From: an uncultured Chthonomonadaceae bacterium
GTDB taxonomy: Bacteria > Armatimonadota > Chthonomonadetes > Chthonomonadales > Chthonomonadaceae
Direction: 5' to 3'
NCBI GenBank assembly: GCA_963835065.1
Contig: CAWIEK010000044.1
Location: 256,001-320,000, forward strand
Length of the DNA stretch: 64,000 bases
Below the pieces are notes generated by a model. It was not told the origin of the DNA and did not search any database. It was given only the letters and a program-made list of their open reading frames with translations. Both the position numbers and the translations under genes were made by a program. This document shows positions 42,459-52,383 of this stretch, in pieces. Each line of letters begins with the position of its first letter. Positions within the stretch are counted from its first letter, which is position 1.

Positions 42459-43855
42459 TAAGCGGCCTCCCCGCTTACCTGCCCTTCCATTCCAACGGTT
42501 TTTAGATACTCCTGTACGCGGCTCAATGTCCACCGCCGCTCCGTATCCGAAAACGTAAGGGTCGTCTGCGATGTTTTCTCCGCGTCCACCATTCTCGTAA
42601 TTCCAACCTTCAAGCGTTTGCCCGCTATATCCTGCACCAGCGTTACAAGCTGCGAAAGCCAGACGCTCACCCGCCGATCCTCCGTCCACCTCAGCGTCTC
42701 TGTAACAAGAACTGGAGAATGTGTATTTACGATAACCTGGCGCAGCGGCTGATCCATCTGCGTAAAATCAATGCTAAGATCCACCAGCAGTTCCAGCGCG
42801 GCGGCAATCCTGCCCGGATGGATGCCGTTTTCAGGTTCCTCAAAGCAAAGAAGCCCCTGATGGCGCTCATCGTGAAGCAGAATGCACAGCGCCAGCAGAC
42901 GCAAAGTGCCCTCAGAAAGAGTTCTCGACGTGAATTCTCGCCCATCCTCATTCTTCACTTTAATAATGAACTGCCGATTCGCGCGATCATCGAATGCTTC
43001 AACCTCGATGAAGTTAGGCAGGAACTGATTAAGGTCGCGGGATATTTCCGTCAGCGCATAGGGATCGTTGCGCTGAATGCGAAACAGGGCTGCGGCCATA
43101 TTTTGCCCGGTTTGCGTAATCTGATCGTTCGTATTCGGCCCTTGTCGCGTAGGCGCGCGTAAATCTTCTGGATTGAGCTGAAGAAACTTCCAGCTTCGCA
43201 TCTCTTTCCCGGCGGCAAAGGCATGTGGAAATTCTACCGAATTTATGCTGCTCAGGTTGGTTTGCCCAACCGCGCTGCCCGGTCTCTCCTTTCCGCCGGA
43301 TTTTCCGTCCTGTGGAATCTTGAAGGCTCTTCGGCCTTCCGGTTCCCGATAGATATAGGGTGTGCCGCGTTTTCCAGTCACAACCTTGGGCCGCCAATGA
43401 TGCAGAAACTCCTTCGGAATATAGGCGCGCGCCCACTGATCTTCGTCCTGCTTTATCGTCTCCAATCTTTCATCTTCGACCGTCAGCGTTTCGAAGCCGT
43501 CCGCGTCCGTGTGGCGCTTGATGACAAGACGGTAGGAGAGACGAGTATACTTTAATTCGGCTGTATCTCCCCAATTATCCGTTACCTGGCGATTTACAAG
43601 CAATTCCGTTTCAAACTTCATCTCGTCAGCAACATTATCTTTGCTGTACTGCGTGAACAGTTCGGACGCATCCCCTCTTTGTTCCCCGAAGGCTGTTTTA
43701 AGGTCTGTTTCCGCCAGACGCGCCAGGAGCTGCAGCGCATCGAACAGATTGCTCTTCCCGGACGCATTGATACCTGCCACGACCGTAAAGGGACTAAACT
43801 CCATCTCGAATTCGTGAAAGGATTTGAAGCCTGAAATTTTCAGTTTGGTGATCAT
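42458..43855 (-). CDS. AAA_21/ABC-type ATPase (putative defence or TA component)
   Basis: GFKSF, GINASGKSN (Walker A), LSEGTLR, FEEPENGIHP, NTHSP; appears lower in GC than the flanks. Confidence 0.88.
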   Translation of the reverse strand: MITKLKISGFKSFHEFEMEFSPFTVVAGINASGKSNLFDALQLLARLAETDLKTAFGEQRGDASELFTQYSKDNVADEMKFETELLVNRQVTDNWGDTAELKYTRLSYRLVIKRHTDADGFETLTVEDERLETIKQDEDQWARAYIPKEFLHHWRPKVVTGKRGTPYIYREPEGRRAFKIPQDGKSGGKERPGSAVGQTNLSSINSVEFPHAFAAGKEMRSWKFLQLNPEDLRAPTRQGPNTNDQITQTGQNMAAALFRIQRNDPYALTEISRDLNQFLPNFIEVEAFDDRANRQFIIKVKNEDGREFTSRTLSEGTLRLLALCILLHDERHQGLLCFEEPENGIHPGRIAAALELLVDLSIDFTQMDQPLRQVIVNTHSPVLVTETLRWTEDRRVSVWLSQLVTLVQDIAGKRLKVGITRMVDAEKTSQTTLTFSDTERRWTLSRVQEYLKTVGMEGQVSGEAA

Positions 43856-44065
43856 AATACGAACGCCTGTCTCGTAGATGCAAAAAGAAAGCCGCCACTA
43901 TAGAGGAGCGAAATAAGTTACTGTAGTTGATGTAATTGTACCTTTTTTCCGGCGCGCGATAATTTCGAGGGCAGCAATCTGAGGATCGTCGGGCAGGAAG
44001 CCGCGTACATCGGCATCATGTTGTACAAATCAGCCTTATCACCAAACCACATGACGATTACATTT

Positions 44066-44089
44066 GTAGGGGCGTGATTTATCACGCCC
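44066..44089. repeat. Single GTAG-family REP
   Basis: GTAG followed by the hairpin GGGCGTGAT-TT-ATCACGCCC (shared G). Confidence 0.7.
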
Positions 44090-44133
44090 GCGTGGTGGGA
44101 AGTTATAGATTACGAACCTTAAGAATTCTCTGG

Positions 44134-44857
44134 TTACAGAAAGCGTTTGAGGGTGTCGGCGTTGCGCAGGGCGTTGCCGCCGCCATCGTTGTTGAAATAA
44201 GCGTAAACGTCACGGCCCTGTGCCTGCCATTCGCGGAAACGGTCTGCCCACCAGCGCAGGTCATCATCCGAATATGACCCGGCGTACAGCCAGTTGGTGT
44301 CGGGGCCGTGAAAGCGCACATAGACAAACGAAGCGGTTGCGCGCAGGACGCAGGGCAGATTGGCTCCGCTCATCACGCAGTACGCGGCTCCATACCGCTC
44401 CAAAAGCGCGTAAATTTCTTCCACGTGCCAGCTTGGATGCCGGAATTCCAGCGTCACTTTCAGCCCAGTAGGGAACGGTTTTTAGAAATGTTTCCAGCCG
44501 CTCGTAATGGCAGGCGAACTGCGGCGGCAATTGCACCAGAAACACGCCCAGATGCTCGCCCAATCCCCACATCCCCTGCGCCATGCGCTGCATCCATTCC
44601 TGCGGGTTGTTCAGGCGGGCATAGTGCGACAGGCCGCGCGCCGCTTTCACGCTCATCACGAAGCCGGGCGGCAGCTTGGCCTTCCAGCCCGCAAATACGG
44701 CGTCGGCAGGCCAGCGATAGTACGTGTTGTTGACTTCTACCGTGTCGTAGCGCGCCAGATAGTAGGGCAGCCGCTTGCCGACCGGCGTTTTCTCCGGGTA
44801 CAGCAAGCCCTGCCAGTGGTCATAGCTCCACCCCGACGTGCCGATGTGAATGGTCAT
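44134..44857 (-). CDS. DUF72 family protein; one frameshift near 44465
   Basis: IGTSGWSY, VEVNNTYY, LVQLPP, EFRHPSW, YVRFHG, YFNND across two frames. Confidence 0.88.
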
Positions 44858-45081
44858 GCGCCCGCTCCCTTCCCGGCACCGGTTGAGAAAATGTGGTACA
44901 CTGGAATGTAACTATTTTCATAGACGTGCATTGTGGTTGTTTCGCCCTCCGGTATGCGTTGCCACTGGTTCGCGGTTTGCCTTTGCTTAACCCCGACGTT
45001 TGCACTTGCCCGCCCCATCTGCCTGAACCGGGTCTTCGCGCACAGCGAACACAGGCCGATTTCTCAGGAGATGTTTTTTTC

Positions 45082-46455
45082 ATGTTGTTTACGGATCTGG
45101 GACTCTGTCCCGAACTTTTGCGCGCCCTTGCCGATTCCGGCTATGACACGCCCACGCCCATTCAGGCGCAGGCCATTCCCGTGATTTTGCAGGGACGCGA
45201 CGTGCTTGCCGCCGCCCAAACCGGAACCGGCAAAACCGCCGGCTTCACCCTGCCGATGCTGCAGCTCCTTCGTACCCTTAACGCGCCCAAGCTCCATTCG
45301 CAGCGCCGAATACGCGCCCTGATTTTGACGCCCACGCGGGAACTCGCCGCGCAGGTGGAAGAAAGCGTCCGCACGTATGGCAAGTACCTGCCTCTGACTT
45401 CGACCGTCGTTTTCGGCGGCGTCAACATCAACCCGCAAATTGGCGCGCTGCGGCGCGGCGTGGATATTCTCGTGGCTACGCCCGGACGCCTGCTCGACCA
45501 CATTCAGCAGCGCACACTGGATTTGCGGCATGTAGAACTGCTTGTTCTGGACGAAGCCGACCGGATGCTGGACATGGGCTTTATCCGCGACATTCGCCGG
45601 ATTCTGGACTTGCTGCCGCCGCGCCGCCAAAACCTGCTGTTTTCCGCAACGTTTTCGGAAGAAATTAAAACCCTTGCCGACGGCCTGCTCAACTCCCCGA
45701 CCCGCGTGGAAGTGGCGCGTCAGAACGCGGAAAGCGCCCTGGTAACACAGTCGTACTATCCCGCAACCCGCGAAAACAAGCGCGACATGCTGGTACATCT
45801 GCTGGCGGAAGAAAAAATCGCGCAGGCGTTGGTGTTCACGCGCACCAAGCATGGCGCGGACCGGCTTGCCAAGCAGCTCGAGCGCGACGGCATTGTGGCG
45901 GTTCCCATTCACGGCAACCGCAGCCAGCCGCAGCGAACCCGCGCGCTCGCAGATTTCAAGGAAGGCCGCGCCCGTATTCTCGTCGCCACCGACATCGCGG
46001 CGCGCGGACTGGACATTGACCAGCTTCCCTACGTCATCAATTACGAACTGCCCAACGTGCCGGAAGATTACGTGCATCGCATCGGGCGCACCGGGCGCGC
46101 GGGCGTGACCGGGCAGGCCATTTCTCTTGTCAGCATAGACGAGCAGGCGTACCTGAACTCCATCGAAAAGCTGATGAAAAAGCGCATTTTGCGCCGTGAA
46201 GCGACCGGCTTTGTCGTTCCCTTCCGCGCCGACGAACCCGCCGAGCGTCCGGCAAGGCCGCAGCAGCCACAGGGCGGACGCGCCTCGCGTCCCTACGCGC
46301 AGCCACAGTCGCAAGCATCGGGACAATCGGCGCGCTTTGCGCCGCGCGGCCCGCGCCCGGCTGCCGCTTACGGCTCTGCCGCGCCATCCCGGCAAGCGCC
46401 CCGCAACGCGCCCCCTGCGCGCCCGGCACACTCCCTGCGCGCGAGCAAGCCGTAA
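45082..46455 (+). CDS. rhlE: DEAD-box RNA helicase, RhlE-like
   Basis: Q motif, [39 protein letters not shown]. Confidence 0.9.
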   Translation: MLFTDLGLCPELLRALADSGYDTPTPIQAQAIPVILQGRDVLAAAQTGTGKTAGFTLPMLQLLRTLNAPKLHSQRRIRALILTPTRELAAQVEESVRTYGKYLPLTSTVVFGGVNINPQIGALRRGVDILVATPGRLLDHIQQRTLDLRHVELLVLDEADRMLDMGFIRDIRRILDLLPPRRQNLLFSATFSEEIKTLADGLLNSPTRVEVARQNAESALVTQSYYPATRENKRDMLVHLLAEEKIAQALVFTRTKHGADRLAKQLERDGIVAVPIHGNRSQPQRTRALADFKEGRARILVATDIAARGLDIDQLPYVINYELPNVPEDYVHRIGRTGRAGVTGQAISLVSIDEQAYLNSIEKLMKKRILRREATGFVVPFRADEPAERPARPQQPQGGRASRPYAQPQSQASGQSARFAPRGPRPAAAYGSAAPSRQAPRNAPPARPAHSLRASKP

Positions 46456-46718
46456 ATCTGACCCGTATTTCTCCAGCCTTGCACCTATTCCCTGCAAGGC
46501 TATTTTGTTTGTGGCGCAGTTCAAATTTCTACAAAGCCCTGAAGGTATGCAGGAATTCGCCGGTACAATCAAGAATAGTCCAAAAGGTAGAGGAGTAGAA
46601 CGCCTATCCCGTTGCTTCAAAGGAATTACCCCGGAACACCCCGGTAAGCAACAGCGGCAGGCAGCGAACCAACACACCCCCACAGCGCGTCTTTAGAAGC
46701 AAGGAGAATTACGCACAC

Positions 46719-47339
46719 ATGGCGACCAGCGTTTGGAGATTAGCGGAAACGATTATGGCCCCGGGGAGCGCGGCTGCCGACGCCGAACTCAGCGACCGCC
46801 GGGAAGAGCGCGCGTGGCTGGATCGCTGCGCGATGGGCGACGAGCGCGCCATTCGCTGGATACTCAACCGCTATCGTGACCGTGTGGTGCGCCTGGCCGC
46901 GCATGTGCTGCACAATTCCCGCGAAGCCGAAGATGTGGCGCAGGAAGCGTTCGTCAAAGCGTTTCGGCAAATAGACCAGTTTCGCGGCGATTCGGGTTTT
47001 TACGCCTGGCTGTACCGCATTGTCGTCAACTTGTGTTTAGATCGGATGCGCCGCAAGTGCGTGTCGTCCGAATTTCCTCTGGAGGAGCGAACATTACCCA
47101 CGCAGGTGATGTCTAATCCTGATATGGAAAAGCGGCTCGTTGTGGAGCAGATACTCAACTCCCTGTCTCCCCCGATGCGAGCGGCTCTGGTTTTGCGCGA
47201 AATGGAAGGGCTGGAATACGCCGAAATCGCGCAGGTGCTAAATATCCCTGTCGGAACCGTGCGTTCGCGGCTCAATACGGCCCGCGAACAGTTCCGGCAA
47301 CGCTGGTCGGCCATTCAAGAGGAGGCCAATCATGTTTAA
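46719..47339 (+). CDS. ECF RNA polymerase sigma factor
   Basis: AEDVAQEAF, FYAWLYRI..N..LD, LRE.EGLEYAEIA..L.IPVGTVRSRL. Confidence 0.92.
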   Translation: MATSVWRLAETIMAPGSAAADAELSDRREERAWLDRCAMGDERAIRWILNRYRDRVVRLAAHVLHNSREAEDVAQEAFVKAFRQIDQFRGDSGFYAWLYRIVVNLCLDRMRRKCVSSEFPLEERTLPTQVMSNPDMEKRLVVEQILNSLSPPMRAALVLREMEGLEYAEIAQVLNIPVGTVRSRLNTAREQFRQRWSAIQEEANHV

Positions 47340-48042
47340 CCGTTGCTGGCGCTGGCGCGTCCTGCTTGCGCGCCGCTCCGACGGCACAATCACCCGTTCT
47401 CAATGGGGTTCGCTCCAAGATCATCTCGTCAGTTGTTCGTCCTGCCGTAAGCTCGCCGATGCCGACTTAGCGCTGCAAGCCGTATTCAGTTCCCGTACCC
47501 CTTTGCTTTCACCCGACGCCATTTCCGCCTTTGATGATCGCGTTGTTTCCGCCGTAACAGGGGGACGATGGCGGTCAGTCAACCAGCCTTCGTGGCTGGC
47601 GCGGCAATGGCAATCGTGGAAGATTTGGCAGCGGCTACAAGCGCGCAGCCGCGCCTTGCCACTCGCATTTTTGGCGCAGATCGGCGGCGGAGCCGTGTGC
47701 GCGGTTGCCGTGACGTCCTTGTTTCTGCTGCCCTCCCTGCATCCGCATACGTCGGTAAGCGCGCATACGGCGCAATTGCGGGATGTTCAGGCCGAAGCCA
47801 TGGAACGCGCCAATGCGTCCGTGCCGATGGAATCGCTGCTGCAAACGCCTACGCCGCGCGCCGCGATGCTGTGGACCGCCCCGCAAAATGGCGAGATTCG
47901 CCACAAAGCCAGCCACCAAACAATAGACGCGCCTGCTCCTGCCGCGCTGCCCGCACAGTCCGCGCCGTCCAAGACCGACGCGCCTGAAAAGCCTGTGCAT
48001 CCACGTCATACCGCCCTGCCGAATACAAGGGCGTTCGGTTAG
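47332..48042 (+). CDS. Zinc-binding (ZAS) anti-sigma factor with one TM helix
   Basis: HLVSCSSC (HxxxCxxC) near the N-terminus; TM segment; overlaps the sigma stop codon. Confidence 0.78.
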   Translation: MFNRCWRWRVLLARRSDGTITRSQWGSLQDHLVSCSSCRKLADADLALQAVFSSRTPLLSPDAISAFDDRVVSAVTGGRWRSVNQPSWLARQWQSWKIWQRLQARSRALPLAFLAQIGGGAVCAVAVTSLFLLPSLHPHTSVSAHTAQLRDVQAEAMERANASVPMESLLQTPTPRAAMLWTAPQNGEIRHKASHQTIDAPAPAALPAQSAPSKTDAPEKPVHPRHTALPNTRAFG

Positions 48043-48117
48043 CAAGCGCCGAAGCAGGTTCGGCGCTTATGGCAATCGCTGCCGGAAAGACCCACTTGGC
48101 TGCTTCCGTGCCACCTG

Positions 48118-50268
48118 ATGAAAACCATGCCCCGAGCGGCTTCGCCTGTTTCCGATGCAAGCGTTTGGACTTCCACGCTTGACGGGGAACAGGCAAGCGC
48201 AGCCGGGGTATTGCCCGTGCCGCCTGACCCTCTGCACATTTCTCCCCTGCCGGACCCCGCCCTGCCTCCCAAACCCGCCAAACCTTCCGGCTGGCTTGTC
48301 GGCATTGTGCTGGGCGTCCTTGTGGGATTGTGGCTGCTGCCGCCCGTCCGCTATACGTTTGGCTCCCAATTACGGTTTGCGCTGGCGCAGGACGGCTTGC
48401 CCTGGGCGCTCACCCTTGACTCGCAGCGCAGCCTGCGCGAAGCCCCGCGCCTGGATGCTACCGCCGCTATCCTTCCTGACGATTATCTGCTGCAAGTGGG
48501 CCGCGCCACCGCCTTCGTCGAGTTAGGCGGCGTGAAAGCCGCGCCTGCTTCCGAAGTCGCCCCTGCCGACGATGCCCCCGACACCTCCGACCACACCCTG
48601 GCGCGCTTGACCCGCGTAGCCCACGATTTCCCCCTGGCCGCCGGCGCCCAGGCCCACCTCGCCCGCTACATGATGGTAGACCGCGTCCGCATTCAGCGGG
48701 CCGAACTGGCGGAGAAGACGGAAGAGCAGGGAAAAGGGAAAAGGGAAAAGGGAAAAGAAGAGGATTCATCCTTCATCCTTCATCCTTCATCCTTAACCAT
48801 TCCCGCCCGCTACACCGATGTCAAGCTGATGCGGTGGGCGTTGAGCAATGGCGAACGGCTGGACCCGGACAATGTGTTCTGGCCGGCGATGCTGGCGTCT
48901 GCCTACTTCGCTGCCGGACGGGACACGCAGGCATTGGCGGCGTTGGCGCGGTGCGAACAGAAAACGCGGTGGGACTCCTATATTTATGAGGAGGTGCTTG
49001 GGCAGTGGCGCTTGTATTCCCTGACGTATGGCGATCATGGAGCCACGCAAAAAATCGGCCCCCTGTCGCGGATCGCTTTTCCGCATCTGCGCGAACTGCG
49101 CCGTATGGCGGAAATGGCGCGCTGGCATGCCGATCAGGAAGCCAATCGAGGCCACGTCCGCGAGGCGATACAGATTCGGCAGCATGTGCTGCGCCTGGGC
49201 ATTCTGCTGCGCGATACGGCGACATGGGCGTATGAGGCGCTGTATGGAACGGATTTGATTTTGATTGCCGCCAGTGATAAGGCCGTGACGCCCCGACAAA
49301 CGACGGTTCGCACAGTGGGGCAATGGCAGGAACAAGCGCGGGAGTATCTTGCGTTTCTGGAGGCACACGGGAAGAAATCTGAAGTCACCGTGCTGACAGC
49401 GGAAGTGGAGGAAAGCTGCAAGCTGCGGGCGCAGGTGGATATAGCGCGGGCCGATTCGTCGTATCCGGGCGTTCCCCCTGGTATCCCGCTCGTGCCGCTG
49501 TTCGGCGCGTGGATGACCGGAGTTTGCCTGGTGCAGCAAATGCTGCTGCTTGCAATCAGCGTAGGCGTGGCGCGATTATTGCAAATCGGAATGGAGCGCA
49601 GGACGCAAACGTCACGCGCCGCGCGCCTGACAGGAAGGTTTGTCATCACGGCGACAACGCTGATCAGCGGCGCGTTCCTGCTGACGGCGTTTGTGTCCTC
49701 GCGCCTGGCGATTGTGTTTCTCATCGGAAGCGGCTGCCTGTTCGCCCTTACGGCAAACATGCTTCAACGTCAATGGTGGCGCTGGAAGCGAACAAGTGAC
49801 CTCGACTCCTACGCCTGCCGACAAAAGCGCATAGACCAAAAATGGAACCGGGGCACGACCTGGCGCATGTTGATCTGTCTGCTCACGCCGTGCCTGGTTG
49901 CCCTGTGGCTGCTGCGGCCTTTGTTGAGCAGCCTGCATCCCGTCGCGCAACTGCTCACCAGCCTGATGGAAATGGAACCGCCGATTTCCCATGCGCGCAT
50001 ATTTCAAGTCGCGCTGTTATCCTGCGCTATTCCCCTCGTATTCGCGCTTGGGCTGTCGCTCTGGGCGTTGTGGCGCAACACTCCCGTCCTTGCCACCCTT
50101 ACCATTGGCCTGCGCCGCCTCTTCCTTCCCGCCATGACCAGCCTGGTCCTAGTTTACATCCTCCTGCTCCAGCAAACGTTAGGCTTAGACACCGAATCCA
50201 CCCACGCCATCAACGAAGTGGCCCGCGATGACCTGCATTGGGTGCTGACGCATAGTGAAGGAAAGTAG
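48118..50268 (+). CDS. Hypothetical multi-pass membrane protein
   Basis: 716-aa ORF; N-terminal TM, large helical domain, C-terminal TM bundle; in-frame repeat insert at ~48720-48795. Confidence 0.75.
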   Translation: MKTMPRAASPVSDASVWTSTLDGEQASAAGVLPVPPDPLHISPLPDPALPPKPAKPSGWLVGIVLGVLVGLWLLPPVRYTFGSQLRFALAQDGLPWALTLDSQRSLREAPRLDATAAILPDDYLLQVGRATAFVELGGVKAAPASEVAPADDAPDTSDHTLARLTRVAHDFPLAAGAQAHLARYMMVDRVRIQRAELAEKTEEQGKGKREKGKEEDSSFILHPSSLTIPARYTDVKLMRWALSNGERLDPDNVFWPAMLASAYFAAGRDTQALAALARCEQKTRWDSYIYEEVLGQWRLYSLTYGDHGATQKIGPLSRIAFPHLRELRRMAEMARWHADQEANRGHVREAIQIRQHVLRLGILLRDTATWAYEALYGTDLILIAASDKAVTPRQTTVRTVGQWQEQAREYLAFLEAHGKKSEVTVLTAEVEESCKLRAQVDIARADSSYPGVPPGIPLVPLFGAWMTGVCLVQQMLLLAISVGVARLLQIGMERRTQTSRAARLTGRFVITATTLISGAFLLTAFVSSRLAIVFLIGSGCLFALTANMLQRQWWRWKRTSDLDSYACRQKRIDQKWNRGTTWRMLICLLTPCLVALWLLRPLLSSLHPVAQLLTSLMEMEPPISHARIFQVALLSCAIPLVFALGLSLWALWRNTPVLATLTIGLRRLFLPAMTSLVLVYILLLQQTLGLDTESTHAINEVARDDLHWVLTHSEGK

Positions 50269-50375
50269 TCAGTAGTCAGTAGTCAGTAGCCGTTCTACTC
50301 ACTGCTTTGGCGAAAGTACAAGGCTTTGAGTAAACAGGCATTTCTACTGACTACTGACTACTGACTACTGACTAC
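50263..50375. repeat. Inverted pair of heptamer arrays (AGTAGTC / GACTACT) at a convergent gene junction
   Basis: AGTAGTC x3 at the end of the + gene and CTACTGA x4 at the end of the - gene; each contains a stop codon. Confidence 0.8.
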
Positions 50376-51626
50376 TTTCCTCTGCGCCTGCGACAGCATC
50401 AAAAACTCGTACAGATTCTCCTGCGTGACCATGCCGATGAGATCGGCGACATCGGAAGACTCGGCCTGCATGACCAGCATGGAGCCGGTTTCGGAGATTA
50501 AGGGCAGAATTTCTTCTAAAGGTTCGTCGGGATGGACCCGGGCGAAGTGGCGGAGCATGATACCGGCGACGTAGGCATCCGGTCCCTGATTCGCCAATCC
50601 TTGCAGCAGGGTGGCGCGGGTCAGCAGCCCGACCACTTCTCCGCCATGCACGATAGGAAAATCCTGCTGGCTGCCGGCAATCAGGCTGTCGGCGGCTTCG
50701 CGCAGGGTGCTGCCGACCGAAAGCGTATGGAATTCCCGCATCATCGCTTCCCGCACCTGATGCCCCGAAACCAATTCCTGCGTCTGGAACATGGCCGCTT
50801 CCTGCTGCGCGCCTTTGTACACGAACAGGGCAATGAACAGCAGCGCCAAACTGCCGCTCCACAGGCTGTACACGCCGAGCAGCAGCGCCATTCCCTGCCC
50901 GATACGCGCCGCCAGCACGGTGGCGGTAACATCGTCCATTTTACGCGCCAGCAAGGCCCGCAGAACCCGCCCGCCGTCCATCGGGAAAGCGGGAATCATA
51001 TTGAACACGGCCAGAAACACGTTTGCCCAGAGTATCTGCGTCAGCCCGATGTGATTGGAGCCGCTCAAAACAGCGTTGGGAAACGCCGCGCCCGAAAATC
51101 GCAGCCACAACAGCAGCCCGGCGGCAATCAGCAGGTTCACTGCGGGGCCGGCAAGGGCAATCCAGAGTTCTTCGCGGGGCCGGGGCAGGGTTTCCAGCCG
51201 CGCCACGCCACCTATCGGGTACAGCACAATGTCCGTCGTTTGGATGCCGTAGGAGCGGGCCGTCAGCGCGTGTCCCATTTCATGCAGCACCACGCAGGCA
51301 AACAGCGCGAGAACAGTCAGCAGGCTGCGCGTGGACGCATGCCCGGTTTCCAGTCCCAACCCCGGCCCTCCCCACGCCACATACGCGAGGAACACAAAAA
51401 ACGTCCAGTGCAGCCGCACAGGGATGCCGGACAGCGAAAGAATACGAAACGACGCCCCATCATTGGCAACGCGCTTTCGCGGGATTTTCGCTTTTGGCTC
51501 CTCGTGATTGGTTTCCACGGAATTGTTGTCCTGTAAATCGGACGCATCGGATGGCACACGCCGCGTATGCTGTGTCAAAGTGTCGCGCTCTTTTTCCGCT
51601 CGTCTCGGAGGTAAATCTGTAGGCAT
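50358..51626 (-). CDS. Site-2 protease (M50) with CBS domains
   Basis: HEMGH, AGPAVN, FNMIPAFPMDGGR, C-terminal CBS pair. Confidence 0.93.
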   Translation of the reverse strand: MPTDLPPRRAEKERDTLTQHTRRVPSDASDLQDNNSVETNHEEPKAKIPRKRVANDGASFRILSLSGIPVRLHWTFFVFLAYVAWGGPGLGLETGHASTRSLLTVLALFACVVLHEMGHALTARSYGIQTTDIVLYPIGGVARLETLPRPREELWIALAGPAVNLLIAAGLLLWLRFSGAAFPNAVLSGSNHIGLTQILWANVFLAVFNMIPAFPMDGGRVLRALLARKMDDVTATVLAARIGQGMALLLGVYSLWSGSLALLFIALFVYKGAQQEAAMFQTQELVSGHQVREAMMREFHTLSVGSTLREAADSLIAGSQQDFPIVHGGEVVGLLTRATLLQGLANQGPDAYVAGIMLRHFARVHPDEPLEEILPLISETGSMLVMQAESSDVADLIGMVTQENLYEFLMLSQAQRKVVSSQ

Positions 51627-51750
51627 TGCGGCCTCCTAATCGTCATAACAAACTCTATACGCTTTACGCGCCATAAAGCATGAACATGCCGGATTGTCCG
51701 AACACCGAACACCGAAACCCAACACCGAACACCGGCATTTTGAAAACAGC

Positions 51751-51785
51751 AAACCCTCCGAACAATCCTGTTTGTTGGAGGGTTT
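51751..51785 (-). terminator. Probable terminator hairpin
   Basis: AAACCCTCCGAACA ... TGTTGGAGGGTTT, just downstream of the 51828 ORF. Confidence 0.55.
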
Positions 51786-51827
51786 ATGACTGTCTTGTAT
51801 ATCGGTACGTAATGCAGGCAGGCGCTG

Positions 51828-52142
51828 TTAGCCGCGCAGCCAGTTCCACACGCGGCGGAACCATGTACGGAGGCGGGCGCGGGCGGTAGGCGGGTCGGGC
51901 TTGCGATACGTGCGCGGATCGGTCAGATGCTGCAGTTCCAGACGCCCGTAGCGGCGCACGGCCAATTCCACTGCCGCGCGCACCACTTCGGGGTTCTGCT
52001 CGAAGTGCCCGTGCCAGCCGCAGACAAAACATTCCGTGTTTGACTCCAAATTCAGCCAGCCGCACAATTCACAAATCTTGAGTTCCGATTCGTGAAACGT
52101 GCTGACACGTCCCTGCCTCTGCGGCCCCGCCTCCCTGGTCAT
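51828..52142 (-). CDS. Small zinc-ribbon protein
   Basis: CELCG...CFVCG (two CxxC); GGAGG RBS. Confidence 0.7.
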   Translation of the reverse strand: MTREAGPQRQGRVSTFHESELKICELCGWLNLESNTECFVCGWHGHFEQNPEVVRAAVELAVRRYGRLELQHLTDPRTYRKPDPPTARARLRTWFRRVWNWLRG

Positions 52143-52383
52143 TTCCCAACATCCTCCGGTATGCACATAGTTCTCTTACGTAAATTCTGCCACTCCTCTA
52201 CAAATTGTGGCATTTCATTCTGCAATCTTCGGCATTTCTTCGCCGCTCCTACAACTATCACGAATCAGCCGGGGGAAAGGTTTCAAAGTAGGCATCAGGC
52301 ATTAGAGACTAAAAGTTCAACACCAAGATAAGCTATGTTCGACAAGCGCATTTCCTAATGCCTGATATCTAATGCCTGATGCC

